Shown here piece after piece: positions 9,521 through 19,227 of a DNA stretch of 64,000 bases (positions are counted from its first letter, which is position 1; each line of letters begins with the position of its first letter). The position numbers and the translations under genes are program-made. The stretch covers positions 1,731 to 65,730 of the forward strand of contig CAJWBJ010000005.1 in NCBI GenBank assembly GCA_913020495.1, read 5' to 3'. The DNA is from an uncultured Oleiphilus sp. (GTDB lineage: Bacteria; Pseudomonadota; Gammaproteobacteria; Pseudomonadales; Oleiphilaceae). The notes under the pieces were generated by a model. That model did no database searches. It worked only from the letters and a program-made list of their open reading frames with translations, and was not told the DNA's origin.

Positions 9521-11428
9521 TTAAACCTTGTTGAGTAGGAGGCGTACTTCTACGCCAGATGCATGGTTTTGTAGCGACAGTTTTCCGCCAATTTCAAATG
9601 CTCGCTTTTGCATGGACGCGTATCCATACCCTGCAGTGTGAATATCATCGTTTTGAAGTCCAATGCCATTATCAATAACGAGCAATGAAATTCGTTCATC
9701 TACTTCCTCTGCATATACTTTTACTTCGGTGGCATATGCGTGTTTGATGATGTTTGTTAATGCTTCTTGCATAACACGGAATATATTAAGCAATACGCTT
9801 GGGCTACACCGAATTTCATCAGAAATACTAGCTGTTTTCCAATGTGTTTTTAATCCTGCTCCCACTAAAAGAGGGTCAACACGTTGTCTAAATAGTGCCA
9901 ACGCACTAGCAAGGTCATCGGTTGCTTGGGCATTCATTGAGTCAAGAATGAGCCGTAAATCTTGTAGGCAATATTGAAGTTGTTGAATGCTTTGCTCATT
10001 TGAAAGCTTGCCAGATTTTAGTCCTGCTATAATAGATACAATTTGGCCGCTAGTTCCATCGTGCATATCTGAAATTAAGCGGGAGCGTTCATCCGACATA
10101 ACTTGCTGTTTTTCTAGATAGATAATTTCATTATATTGTTTTTTGAGTCGATCCGTTTGTTCGCCGACTTCTCTGGTTAGTTCGTTGTTGTATTGATCTG
10201 ATTTTTTTAAAGCCAGAGCTAGCTCAAAACTCATTACACTGCTGTAACAGATCAAAACAGTGATGACTCCCCATTGCACGATATAGGTAAGGGGGTTTCC
10301 GTCTACAATACCCAAGAGCGGTAAAATATCCCAGATCGCAATTGTCTCTACAACTATTCCTGACATGGCCATTAACAATGAGCGAATATTCCTTCGTTCA
10401 TACACATTGGCAAGTATTACCCATGAAGAAAATAAACTTACGCAAGCTATCCACCCGTACAGAACGGCTAGACCAAGACCTGCCGGCAGTTGAAGACCGG
10501 GCAGCAAAATATAGAGGGAAAATAACAAATAAATAGTGGCGGTTATTTTCCAAATATAGCGAATCGCCCATTCATAGGTGCCACGATATACAAAGGTAAA
10601 ACAGACCAGAGCGGTTGCATAGAGTAAATTGCTGGGCTCTTGCAATAAAGTCGTGACCTTTTCATTGAGAGACGTATTAATAAAGGTCATTGGGAAAGTG
10701 TTGAATGGCCACACAGCCATAACAATACCCAACCATAAATACTCTGATGATTGGCGATGGAAAAACCAAACAGATAAAAAGAATAATGCCATAGGCACAG
10801 CAAAGGATATTCCCACCCAGAGAAAATTCACTCGCCAAAATTGATGCCAAGTAAGGTCTGCTTTAATTTCCTTATATTCAGCAACTGTGACGGTTCCTAG
10901 AGCTGCTTCCCATTTCGAACGCACATGCAGTTGTAGTCTATTTTTATCTTTAAGAAGTTCAGGCGGTAACCTGATTAATCTAGGTAGATGCCGATTTCTT
11001 GGCGGAATGTGTGTGGGCTGAATATCAACTTCACCAATCTCGTTAATGAGCACGTCATTAAGCCAAATTTTTGCAGAGTCTTGAATTGAGTGAAAGACAA
11101 TAACAGGCTCAATAAATGCGGGCTTCTGAAACTGTAAATAATAAGTACTTGTTTGGGCCGTGGTTTGATTAGTGTCTGGAGAAAAGGGCAAACTGATGGT
11201 GGAAAACAGAGGGGATTCAATTTCGTTTGTAGGGGGGGGCAGTGTATAGCCGGGTGCATAATTTGCTGAATTTATATTTATACCTGGAAATTTCAAGGGC
11301 TGAACGGCAATATAAATAATACATACCGATATTATGAAAGCGATGAAGAGAAATACTGTAATTGTAAAAGGGCTCAGAGAAGAAAGTCGAGTGTCTATTT
11401 CACTGTCATCAGTCAGCCTCTGGCTCAT
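9521..11428 (-). CDS. sensor histidine kinase: extracytoplasmic domain, 7TM block, HisKA_3, HATPase (7TMR-DISM-like)
   Basis: H-box SRLISDMHDGTSGQ, N-box EALTNIIKHA, VIDNGIGL, GYGYASMQKRA, and about seven helices in the middle. The ATG at 11428 lies 4 nt after the response-regulator stop, so the track's 15-aa extension is rejected. Confidence 0.85.
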   Translation of the reverse strand: MSQRLTDDSEIDTRLSSLSPFTITVFLFIAFIISVCIIYIAVQPLKFPGININSANYAPGYTLPPPTNEIESPLFSTISLPFSPDTNQTTAQTSTYYLQFQKPAFIEPVIVFHSIQDSAKIWLNDVLINEIGEVDIQPTHIPPRNRHLPRLIRLPPELLKDKNRLQLHVRSKWEAALGTVTVAEYKEIKADLTWHQFWRVNFLWVGISFAVPMALFFLSVWFFHRQSSEYLWLGIVMAVWPFNTFPMTFINTSLNEKVTTLLQEPSNLLYATALVCFTFVYRGTYEWAIRYIWKITATIYLLFSLYILLPGLQLPAGLGLAVLYGWIACVSLFSSWVILANVYERRNIRSLLMAMSGIVVETIAIWDILPLLGIVDGNPLTYIVQWGVITVLICYSSVMSFELALALKKSDQYNNELTREVGEQTDRLKKQYNEIIYLEKQQVMSDERSRLISDMHDGTSGQIVSIIAGLKSGKLSNEQSIQQLQYCLQDLRLILDSMNAQATDDLASALALFRQRVDPLLVGAGLKTHWKTASISDEIRCSPSVLLNIFRVMQEALTNIIKHAYATEVKVYAEEVDERISLLVIDNGIGLQNDDIHTAGYGYASMQKRAFEIGGKLSLQNHASGVEVRLLLNKV

Positions 11429-11432
11429 AATG

Positions 11433-12080
11433 CTATTCACCCAAACTAAGCCAGCCGGAGTGGCTGGCTTCAAATATGGCTTCTGTCCTATTTTTTACGC
11501 CTAATTTCTCATAAATTCGACGAATGTAAGTTGCAATGGTTGTTTTTTTTACGCTCATTAGTTCTGCAATTTCATCGTAAGAACAGCCTTTGGTTAATAA
11601 TTTTAGAACTTGGTATTCCCGCTCGCTCAGAGGATTTTTAGAGCTTGGTGTTCGGCGAATTTTTTTGAGCAGGTAACCTGCAATTGAAGGGCTCATTGGC
11701 GTACCCCCAGATATCTGCGACCGAATCATTGAGAGAAGTTCTTCTTCCTGTGTCGACTTAACCAAATACCCATCCGCGCCATTTGTGAATGCGGTCAAAA
11801 CTACTTCTTCATCCTCATGTTGAGTAAAAATTAGGATTTTAGACTGAGGTTGTTTTGCCTTGTAAGAGGGGATATGTTCGATGCTGGAACCGTCAGACAG
11901 AATAATATCCAGTAATATCAGGTCAAAAAAACGGGACTCTAAAGCAAGATTCATTTCATTTAAAGTTGCAACATGAATAACGCGCTCAACCCAATTTTGT
12001 TCACTTAGTAAATTACTGATGTATGAACTGATTAGAGGGTCATCTTCAACCAATAAACAACTGATATTGCTTATCTCCAT
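11433..12080 (-). CDS. NarL/LuxR-family response regulator
   Basis: 215 aa. Receiver (LLVEDDP, DLILLDIIL) plus LuxR HTH (LSEREYQVLKLLTKGCSYDEIAELMSVKKTTIATYIRRIYEKLGV). Confidence 0.9.
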   Translation of the reverse strand: MEISNISCLLVEDDPLISSYISNLLSEQNWVERVIHVATLNEMNLALESRFFDLILLDIILSDGSSIEHIPSYKAKQPQSKILIFTQHEDEEVVLTAFTNGADGYLVKSTQEEELLSMIRSQISGGTPMSPSIAGYLLKKIRRTPSSKNPLSEREYQVLKLLTKGCSYDEIAELMSVKKTTIATYIRRIYEKLGVKNRTEAIFEASHSGWLSLGE

Positions 12081-12173
12081 TAGAGTGCCTTTTTTATTAT
12101 TCCTTTTAGATTTTACTCAAGATAACCCAGAACATGGATGAAGAACAGGATCGACTCCACAATCTACAACAGC

Positions 12174-12203
12174 AGACGTGTCATCATTTCTGATGACACG
12201 TCT
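12174..12203. promoter_or_regulatory. perfect 13-bp inverted repeat, candidate operator or RNA hairpin
   Basis: AGACGTGTCATCA-tttc-TGATGACACGTCT, located between the response regulator and the giant lipoprotein gene. Confidence 0.4.
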
Positions 12204-12239
12204 AAAAATGTATTCCTGATAGAATTAAAAAAATGTTTC

Positions 12240-12272
12240 TACCACCCAATGGAAAGAAATTTGTGGGTGGTA
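12240..12272. promoter_or_regulatory. perfect 9-bp inverted repeat, candidate response-regulator site
   Basis: TACCACCCA-N15-TGGGTGGTA, about 100 nt upstream of the ATG at 12374. The half-site resembles NarL-type TACYYMT heptamers. Confidence 0.35.
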
Positions 12273-12373
12273 ACAATGAAAATAGCATCTGCAGTAACTA
12301 ATAAATACTATAAAAAATATTAGTTTTTGTTTAGTCAGCCAGGAAGAGCAGAAATAAAAAACAGGAGTATATT

Positions 12374-15300
12374 ATGCGTAACATTAACAATAGGTATACG
12401 GGTTATTCTAAAGTTTTGAAATTAGCATTTATTATTCTGCTATTACCACTAGTTTTCGTTGGCTGCAGTAGTGGTGGAAGTGGTGATAATAATATTGATT
12501 CTCAAGGTGGTGCTACTGTCAATGCTACTTACAGTAAAGGACCAGTAACTGGTGCTACGGCAACATTACGTGATGCCGATAATAACATTGTAGCGGGCCC
12601 GATCACGACAGTTAATGGAAGCGCTTCTTTTGAATCTGTTAGCTATAACGGCCCAGTTTATGCCGTATTTTCGGGGGGAAGCTATACTGACGAAGCTACA
12701 GGCACTCTGGTTACATTAGATTCGAACCTTGTTATCCGTTCAGGGGTCATTATAAATTCAGCTTCTGGATCATTAAATGTAGTCGCGACACCCCTGACTG
12801 AAATTGCCTTTCAGCGTGCAGAAGCGGGGGCTGTTGGCAGTCTGGATTTGTCTACAGTTAATTCTTTTATACAAACGGTCGCAGACGAATACGGTCTTGA
12901 GGCTATTAATTTGACTGAAGTCTCTCCAACGCCCATGACGGACATAACCGGTACTAGTGACAGTGATCGTTACGGTGCAGTTTTAGCCGCAATTACTCAA
13001 CAGCAATTACTTGCTGGCAATATACCAAATAGTGAGTCCTTGGCGAGTTATATGTCTGACAATGTCAACGGCCTCGATGAGAACACTTTTTCTGTAGCGA
13101 TAAACGCACTTTTGACCAATACCAACACTTCAGCATTTATTAGTGGCAATATGGCTTCAACGCTTGTAGCTGCAGTTGGGGAGTCTGTAAATGTTGATAC
13201 AACGGCGCCAACACTGAGCCTTTTAAGTGCAACACCCGCAGAAACATCAGCAAATTTCCAATTCAATTCAGACGAGGCAGGAACAGCTTATTTTATTGCA
13301 CAGGCAGGAGGTAGCGAGCCAACAGCTTTGCAGGTTAAAAATGGCAGCGGTAATAGTGGTCGGGTCGATGAAGCAGGGAGTATAACGGCAATTCTTGATG
13401 CCAATAATGCAAGCCTAGCAGATCTTATGGAGGCTACAGCCTATACGCTTTATGTCACCGTAGAAGATGCAGCTGGTAATTTGTCATCTGTCGTAAGCAC
13501 GTCAGTGACGACTACTGTAGCTGTTGATACAAGTGCGCCCATTCTGAGTTCCCTATCTGTGACACCCGATGTTACAACAGCCTCTTTACAGTTTACTTCT
13601 AATGAAGCCGGTAGCGCCTATTATCTTGTGCAAGCAGGAGGCAGCGTACCAACTGCCTCACAGGTTAAAAGTGGTAGTGGAAATGGTGGTACAGTTTATG
13701 GGGCAGCAAGTTTAGCAGCGACAAATGGTAATCTTAATAATGCTAACCTGACAGGTCTAGAGGAGGATTCATCATATTTGCTCTATCTCATGGTTGAAGA
13801 TGCTGCAGGTAATCAATCTTCAGTGGTAAGTGTTGCTGTTATAACACTTCCAGTATCTGATATTACAGCGCCCATCATCGACATCTACACGAATACTTAT
13901 ACTATAACGGGCACAACGATGGCGTTTACGTTTTACTCAAATGAGATAGGCGTGTCATATTATCTCGTACAGGAAGGAGGGAATTCTCCATCAGTAGGTC
14001 AGCTAAAATCGGCTGTTGGGAATGGGGGGATAGTTCCTGATTCAGGGTCATTGGTTACTTCAGTCGGATCTAATATTATTAACTTATCCGGGCTCAACGA
14101 AAGTACCAGTTATACGGTTTACCTCGTGACAGAAGATGCGGCAGCCAATCCATCGACAATTGAAAGTGAAGCGTTTACCACACTGGACACAACCGCCCCT
14201 TTACTGAGTGGTGTTAATGTCAGTGCAACAGTATTTTCAGCCGAGTTACAATTTAACTCTGATGAATCAGGTACTATTTTCTATCTGGCTCAAAATGGAG
14301 GTAGCGCCCCTTCAGCATCGCAAGTTAAAAATGGAAGTGGTGGTGGAGGAGTCGTTGTTGGTATTGGCAACAAACCTGCTAGTGTAGGTTTTAATACATC
14401 TAACATTATAGAATTAGCTGCCAATACAGCTTACACCCTTTATTTCTTAGTTGAAGATGCTGCAGGAAATCAGTCGGCAGTTGGCACTGCGCAGGTTATG
14501 ACGTTAGTCGATGACGTAGCGCCGATACTTAGCGGAGTAAGTGCAAGTTCTTTAGATACGACCGCAAACTTTCAATTTACATCGGACGAGGCGGGTACGG
14601 GGTATTATCTTGCTCAACAAGGAGGCAGTACACCTTCTCAGACACAAGTGAAAAATGGTAGTGGTAATGGTGGCGTAGTTGCAGGCGCTGGAAATTCAGT
14701 CGCGAATTTTGGCGCAAACACTGCTGCAATGTCTGGTTTATCACTCCTGACAAGTTATACGCTTTATTTAGTTGTTGAAGACGCCTCTGCGAATATTTCA
14801 ACTGTCTACAGTAGTGTAATTACCACTTCGGATGATGTCACGGCTCCCGTCGCATTGATTACCTTTCCACCTGCTGTATCAATGATTGAAGCTGAGAGTA
14901 GTATCACCATTCAAGGTACTACTTCGGATATTAATGTCGTCACTTCGGTGCAGGTAAATGGATTCGATGTCACCACCAGTGATGACTATAAGACCTGGAC
15001 AATATCAATGCCTTTAGTGTCTGGGTCTAATAACTTTCAGGTGAGTACTTCGGATAGCTTGGCCAATACTGATAATAATGCCGCAGAGGCAGTTATTGAA
15101 TCGGTTCCAATTAGTTTGGTTGACCCCGTCGCAATGGTGCTTGATCGCACGAACAATAGAACATTAGTACTTGACAGAAGTTTGCGGGCATTGGTAGCCG
15201 TAGACCTGACAACAGGCTCTACGCTCGGTGATAAGAGCATTGTTTCATCAGGCGCTGTTCGCGGTAACGGAGACCCTTTTGTTTCTCCTCAAGGGCTTGA

Positions 15301-16900
15301 TATCGACGAGAGCACTAGCCATGCATACGTGGTTGAAAGTGCTGCCATTATTGATGTTGATTTGACGACTGGAAACCGGACGATTTTATCAAATGCAAGT
15401 CACGGTACAGGCCAAGCGCTATCAATCTGTCGAGATTTAACCATAGATACGGTTAATAATCGTTTGTTTGTATTGACATATAATTCGATTATCGAAGTCG
15501 ATATTACCACTGGAAATCGATCATTGTTGGTAACGGGTCTTTATAGTAGTTTTATAAGACCTACGGGTATTTTGTATACGAACAATACCTTGTACCTATC
15601 AAATCTATCAGGTCAGGATGGCTTGATTCAGCGAGTTAATTTGAGCAATGGAAGTTTGACTACCGTGTCAACAAACAATGCTGGATTTGGGCTCAGTATG
15701 CCAAATGTAGCGAACATGACAGATTATTTTGGAAATTTAATCGTTGCTCAAGAACTTTTGGAAGTCAATACTGCTACTGGCAATCGGGAAAGTTTTATTC
15801 ATTCTAGTTTTCCTGCTACTCGCGCTATCACCTGGGGTACGCCAGTTGATGTAACTGCAGATACATCCAACGATAGATTCCTTGTGGTTGATTCAACACT
15901 GGATGCTGTCGTCGCAGTTGAACATGACAATCTATTCCAAAATGGGCGAGGGGCGCAAACAATGATTTCAGGGAACGGTGTTGGTTCAGGCACTTTTCTT
16001 AAAGGCCCTAGTAGTGTTGTAGTCGATAGTAAAAACAAACAACTAATTATTGCTGACGTAGGGAGCTACGGACTTATCAATGACAAATTATACCATGTAG
16101 ATTTATCCACAAGTGAGCGCGTTCAACTGAGTGGTGAGGGGCCATATTTTACTCAAATTAAAGATCTGTCTCTTGATTCGGCCAATAACCGAGTGTTTGT
16201 GCTAGAAGACTACCGGAACCGAGCTATTTTTTCAGTTGACCTTACCACGGGTGATAGAACCCTTATTACTAATTCAGAGGAGCGCGATGACGTACCAAAA
16301 AAAGGTACAGGCACTAGCTTTAGTACTACCGGAGGTTACCCAAAAGCGACCAGCTTGGTGCTCGATAGTGATAATAATCGTGTATTGGTTTCTGCCCTAC
16401 AGTTTAAGACTATTATCGCAGTAGATCTGACGACAGGGAATCGGTCTGATTTTTCCAAATCCAGTTCCTCGATAGGTTCAGGGCTTGAGGTCCAACCTTC
16501 GCACATGATTATCGATACAGCTAATAACCGTGTTGTGGGAGTTGATAGAACGCTTAATGCCGTGGTGGCTATAGACCTTACTTCGGGAGATCGTTCAATT
16601 ATCTCCGACGCGACGACAGGTTCCGGAGACGACTTTACTTATTTACGAAAAATCTCATTGGATAGTAGTAATTCGCGGTTTCTGGTATTGGACTCGGTAG
16701 GAATCGTCGCGGTTGATGTGTCTACCGGCAATCGAACCACTGTGTCAGATGAATTGACTGGCGCAGGTGTAAGTCTCCTGTCACCTGTTAGCTTGGCATT
16801 AGACCCTGCTAGCAATCTTCTTTATGTCGGAGATTCAACAAGAGATGCGATCATGGCAATACAGACGGGTACTGGAGATCGAGTTATCATGGCGAAATAG
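12374..16900 (+). CDS. giant surface lipoprotein: five Ig/FN3-like tandem modules, one Ig-like domain, twelve beta-propeller blades
   Basis: 1508 aa. AGGAG RBS. Lipobox LVFVGC (Cys31) followed by a G/S linker. Repeats are described separately. No catalytic motif seen. Confidence 0.9.
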   Translation: MRNINNRYTGYSKVLKLAFIILLLPLVFVGCSSGGSGDNNIDSQGGATVNATYSKGPVTGATATLRDADNNIVAGPITTVNGSASFESVSYNGPVYAVFSGGSYTDEATGTLVTLDSNLVIRSGVIINSASGSLNVVATPLTEIAFQRAEAGAVGSLDLSTVNSFIQTVADEYGLEAINLTEVSPTPMTDITGTSDSDRYGAVLAAITQQQLLAGNIPNSESLASYMSDNVNGLDENTFSVAINALLTNTNTSAFISGNMASTLVAAVGESVNVDTTAPTLSLLSATPAETSANFQFNSDEAGTAYFIAQAGGSEPTALQVKNGSGNSGRVDEAGSITAILDANNASLADLMEATAYTLYVTVEDAAGNLSSVVSTSVTTTVAVDTSAPILSSLSVTPDVTTASLQFTSNEAGSAYYLVQAGGSVPTASQVKSGSGNGGTVYGAASLAATNGNLNNANLTGLEEDSSYLLYLMVEDAAGNQSSVVSVAVITLPVSDITAPIIDIYTNTYTITGTTMAFTFYSNEIGVSYYLVQEGGNSPSVGQLKSAVGNGGIVPDSGSLVTSVGSNIINLSGLNESTSYTVYLVTEDAAANPSTIESEAFTTLDTTAPLLSGVNVSATVFSAELQFNSDESGTIFYLAQNGGSAPSASQVKNGSGGGGVVVGIGNKPASVGFNTSNIIELAANTAYTLYFLVEDAAGNQSAVGTAQVMTLVDDVAPILSGVSASSLDTTANFQFTSDEAGTGYYLAQQGGSTPSQTQVKNGSGNGGVVAGAGNSVANFGANTAAMSGLSLLTSYTLYLVVEDASANISTVYSSVITTSDDVTAPVALITFPPAVSMIEAESSITIQGTTSDINVVTSVQVNGFDVTTSDDYKTWTISMPLVSGSNNFQVSTSDSLANTDNNAAEAVIESVPISLVDPVAMVLDRTNNRTLVLDRSLRALVAVDLTTGSTLGDKSIVSSGAVRGNGDPFVSPQGLDIDESTSHAYVVESAAIIDVDLTTGNRTILSNASHGTGQALSICRDLTIDTVNNRLFVLTYNSIIEVDITTGNRSLLVTGLYSSFIRPTGILYTNNTLYLSNLSGQDGLIQRVNLSNGSLTTVSTNNAGFGLSMPNVANMTDYFGNLIVAQELLEVNTATGNRESFIHSSFPATRAITWGTPVDVTADTSNDRFLVVDSTLDAVVAVEHDNLFQNGRGAQTMISGNGVGSGTFLKGPSSVVVDSKNKQLIIADVGSYGLINDKLYHVDLSTSERVQLSGEGPYFTQIKDLSLDSANNRVFVLEDYRNRAIFSVDLTTGDRTLITNSEERDDVPKKGTGTSFSTTGGYPKATSLVLDSDNNRVLVSALQFKTIIAVDLTTGNRSDFSKSSSSIGSGLEVQPSHMIIDTANNRVVGVDRTLNAVVAIDLTSGDRSIISDATTGSGDDFTYLRKISLDSSNSRFLVLDSVGIVAVDVSTGNRTTVSDELTGAGVSLLSPVSLALDPASNLLYVGDSTRDAIMAIQTGTGDRVIMAK
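13193..14827 (+). repeat. five tandem ~325-332 bp (about 109 aa) coding modules
   Basis: Each unit starts D-T/D-x-AP-x-L and contains F-Q-F-x-S-D-E-A-G-x-x-Y-Y-L-x-Q-x-G-G-S-x-P, Q-V-K-N-G-S-G-N-G-G and Y-T-L-Y-L-V-V-E-D-A-A-G-N-x-S. Unit starts are near 13193, 13523, 13855, 14183 and 14506. Confidence 0.8.
15118..16897 (+). repeat. twelve ~50-aa blade-like repeats (beta-propeller region)
   Basis: Recurrent L-x-L-D-x-x-N-N-R-x-F-V-x-D ... A-V-V-A-V-D-L-T-T-G-N/D-R-x-x-I/L-S pattern, counted 12 times. Confidence 0.7.
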
Positions 16901-16923
16901 AATTTATGTTGCCAGCAATGTTG

Positions 16924-16960
16924 GGTGGCCTGACAAATTAGGCCACCTATAAATTGTTTT
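16924..16960. terminator. bidirectional rho-independent terminator between convergent genes
   Basis: GGTGGCCT-gacaaatt-AGGCCACC, followed by TATAAATTGTTTTCTTC. Lies 24 nt after the lipoprotein stop. Confidence 0.6.
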
Positions 16961-17014
16961 CTTCAGATCATACACCATGAACCGTGGCTTTTAGCTGATC
17001 CGCAACAAATAGTT

Positions 17015-17926
17015 CTAGCGTGGAAACCATGGGAAAAACATATTTGTTTTTTCTTGATAGGCCTTATATTCCTTTCTCTTTCTCACGGAATAATATTCAG
17101 CTGGAGTGGCGCCGGTCAGGTGTACCAAAGTGATATACATCATGAGAGACGCGCACGCCATACCAACGCCTAAACTAATCCATATAAGAAACGATTCACT
17201 ATTCATCATTGCGAGCCATGAGGGAAAAGCTGCGATGACGAGTCCGGTCCAAACTAACCATTCTGCAAAATAGTTGGGGTGTCGGCTATATTTCCATAAT
17301 CCAATGTTACATACACCATGTTTGTGTTTTGAAATAAATAGCAATTTTTGAGCGTCAGCCATCGACTCCAAAATATAAGCTACTACCCATATGCAAATAC
17401 CCATAACTTCCATGCTTGAAATTGAGTGACTGCTATTCGTTGCTAGAAGAAAGCCGGGTAAAGCCAACACGGTGATATTAGCAAAGCCCTGAGCCATAAT
17501 TTCGGCCAGCAGGTGTGAATTGACATACTTACTTCCTGATTGCTCAAGTATCATGCGACGGTAGTTATAACGAGGGAACTCGGTCTTATAAATTACCCCT
17601 GTTGCTTTTGCCATCACTAAGGCACCAACGCCCATTCGTAAACCAATAAATATATAAACACTACCCACAATCAGCTTTCGAATGAAATCAGCGTCACCCA
17701 TCAATAAAATTTGTACACCTATAAGCGCAACGCCGAAAGGCCAGGCGATATCGACATAGGACACACGCTTTGTTCGTAAGAAAGGAATACATGCAACCAA
17801 AATGAATAGCGTGACTTGTAAGATACTATTTAAAAGCAATAAGTTAGCTAGGGTGTCAAATTCAGTAAAAACAATTACTGAGAATAAACTGATAAAGAAT
17901 AGATTCAATCCTACGCTCATACTCAT
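17015..17926 (-). CDS. DUF1295 / steroid 5-alpha-reductase-like membrane protein
   Basis: 303 aa, polytopic. WKYSRHPNYFAEWLVWTG matches the DUF1295/ICMT-like signature. Confidence 0.6.
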   Translation of the reverse strand: MSMSVGLNLFFISLFSVIVFTEFDTLANLLLLNSILQVTLFILVACIPFLRTKRVSYVDIAWPFGVALIGVQILLMGDADFIRKLIVGSVYIFIGLRMGVGALVMAKATGVIYKTEFPRYNYRRMILEQSGSKYVNSHLLAEIMAQGFANITVLALPGFLLATNSSHSISSMEVMGICIWVVAYILESMADAQKLLFISKHKHGVCNIGLWKYSRHPNYFAEWLVWTGLVIAAFPSWLAMMNSESFLIWISLGVGMACASLMMYITLVHLTGATPAEYYSVRKRKEYKAYQEKTNMFFPWFPR

Positions 17927-18201
17927 AAGTCCTATATTTGTTATGTTTAAGTTAGACGACTAAATGCCAGATCGCATTATCAAAGACATGTTAGCAATGA
18001 TTTCATCGCTATTCGGCGGCTTAAAAGGACAGGCATGCGGCAAATCTTGCCATTTGCTTTCAATTTCTGCTTGTTATCAAAATATTAATTACTGTGATAT
18101 AGAAAATATTAACGTTTGGCTGGCCTACGTAACTTGCTACCCATTACTTTTTACGTGACCATAGTGAAAATAAATAGTGGAATATTAGGCCGCGTAAACT
18201 T

Positions 18202-19227
18202 ATGACAAATAATGACCATTATGTGACAGGCATTGCGCTATCTCAATTTGTATATGGCGCAAGATCCCTTGGAATTGCTATAGATGGTGTGATTGAACAA
18301 GCAGGGCTGAGTCAGGAGTCTCTGACGCCTAGTGCTCGGGTATCAGGGCCTAACTACGAGACAGTGCTCTTACAGCTCATACTCGCAAATAAAAACAATA
18401 GTTTTGGTGTCGACATAGGCCAACAAATCATGCCACCTTTGTATGGGGTATTAATGTCGCTTGCGCTCAGTTCGCCCTCGCTAGGTGAAGCGCTTAAATA
18501 CTTAGCTCGTTTCCAAGGTCTCGCAACTGGAAATAGTGGCGAAGTCGAATATTCATTTGATGGTAAACAGTATCAGTTATCGATAAAGATGACTCATCAA
18601 AATCTTGTTGTACGGCGCCATGTCTCTGAGTGTGTGATGACTATGTTTTGCAGCCTGCTTCGATTGATAACTGCACGCCAAGACCTATCTCCTGAGACTA
18701 TTTGGTTGGAGCATCCACCTTATTCAGGTCCAAGTCGCCAGCATTTTGAGTCCGTTGTACGATGCCCAGTTTCTTGGTCAACTGGTGAGTCGAGAATGAT
18801 GCTCAGTGAAAATATGCATCATTTTCCGATACTAGGTCATGGTGAGGAAATGCTTCGCTTAGCTGAGAAGCAGGCTCAAGATCAGCTTGAGAATATTAAT
18901 AAACGGCTGACAGCCGTGGAAAAAATAAAGTGGCATGCAGCTGAGTTAATGCAGTCCAGTGCGCCAAGGAGAGAAACCGTCGCCAAGCGACTTCAGATAT
19001 CAGTCAGAACACTTGATCGAAGACTTGAAGAGGCTGAAACAAGTTGGCAAGAAATGATCGACGAGTTGAGATTACAACTCGCTATCGAGTATTTATCTGA
19101 TCTCGACACTACAGTAGCACGGGTAGCTGAGAAACTCGGATTTAGTGAGGTCAGGGCGTTTCAGAGAAAGTTCAAAGCCTGGACAGGTTTAACCCCCTCT
19201 GGCTATAGACATGAAATGTTTAATTAG
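18202..19227 (+). CDS. AraC-family transcriptional regulator (arabinose-binding-like N-domain)
   Basis: 341 aa. C-terminal double HTH (VAKRLQISVRTLDRRL ... VAEKLGFSEVRAFQRKFKAWTGLTPSGYR). Confidence 0.85.
   Translation: MTNNDHYVTGIALSQFVYGARSLGIAIDGVIEQAGLSQESLTPSARVSGPNYETVLLQLILANKNNSFGVDIGQQIMPPLYGVLMSLALSSPSLGEALKYLARFQGLATGNSGEVEYSFDGKQYQLSIKMTHQNLVVRRHVSECVMTMFCSLLRLITARQDLSPETIWLEHPPYSGPSRQHFESVVRCPVSWSTGESRMMLSENMHHFPILGHGEEMLRLAEKQAQDQLENINKRLTAVEKIKWHAAELMQSSAPRRETVAKRLQISVRTLDRRLEEAETSWQEMIDELRLQLAIEYLSDLDTTVARVAEKLGFSEVRAFQRKFKAWTGLTPSGYRHEMFN

Noticed and set aside
12138-12323. 61-aa ORF in the regulator-lipoprotein intergenic region
   Set aside because: It has no RBS, and its sequence is dictated by the two palindromes it spans. 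The region is better explained as regulatory DNA.
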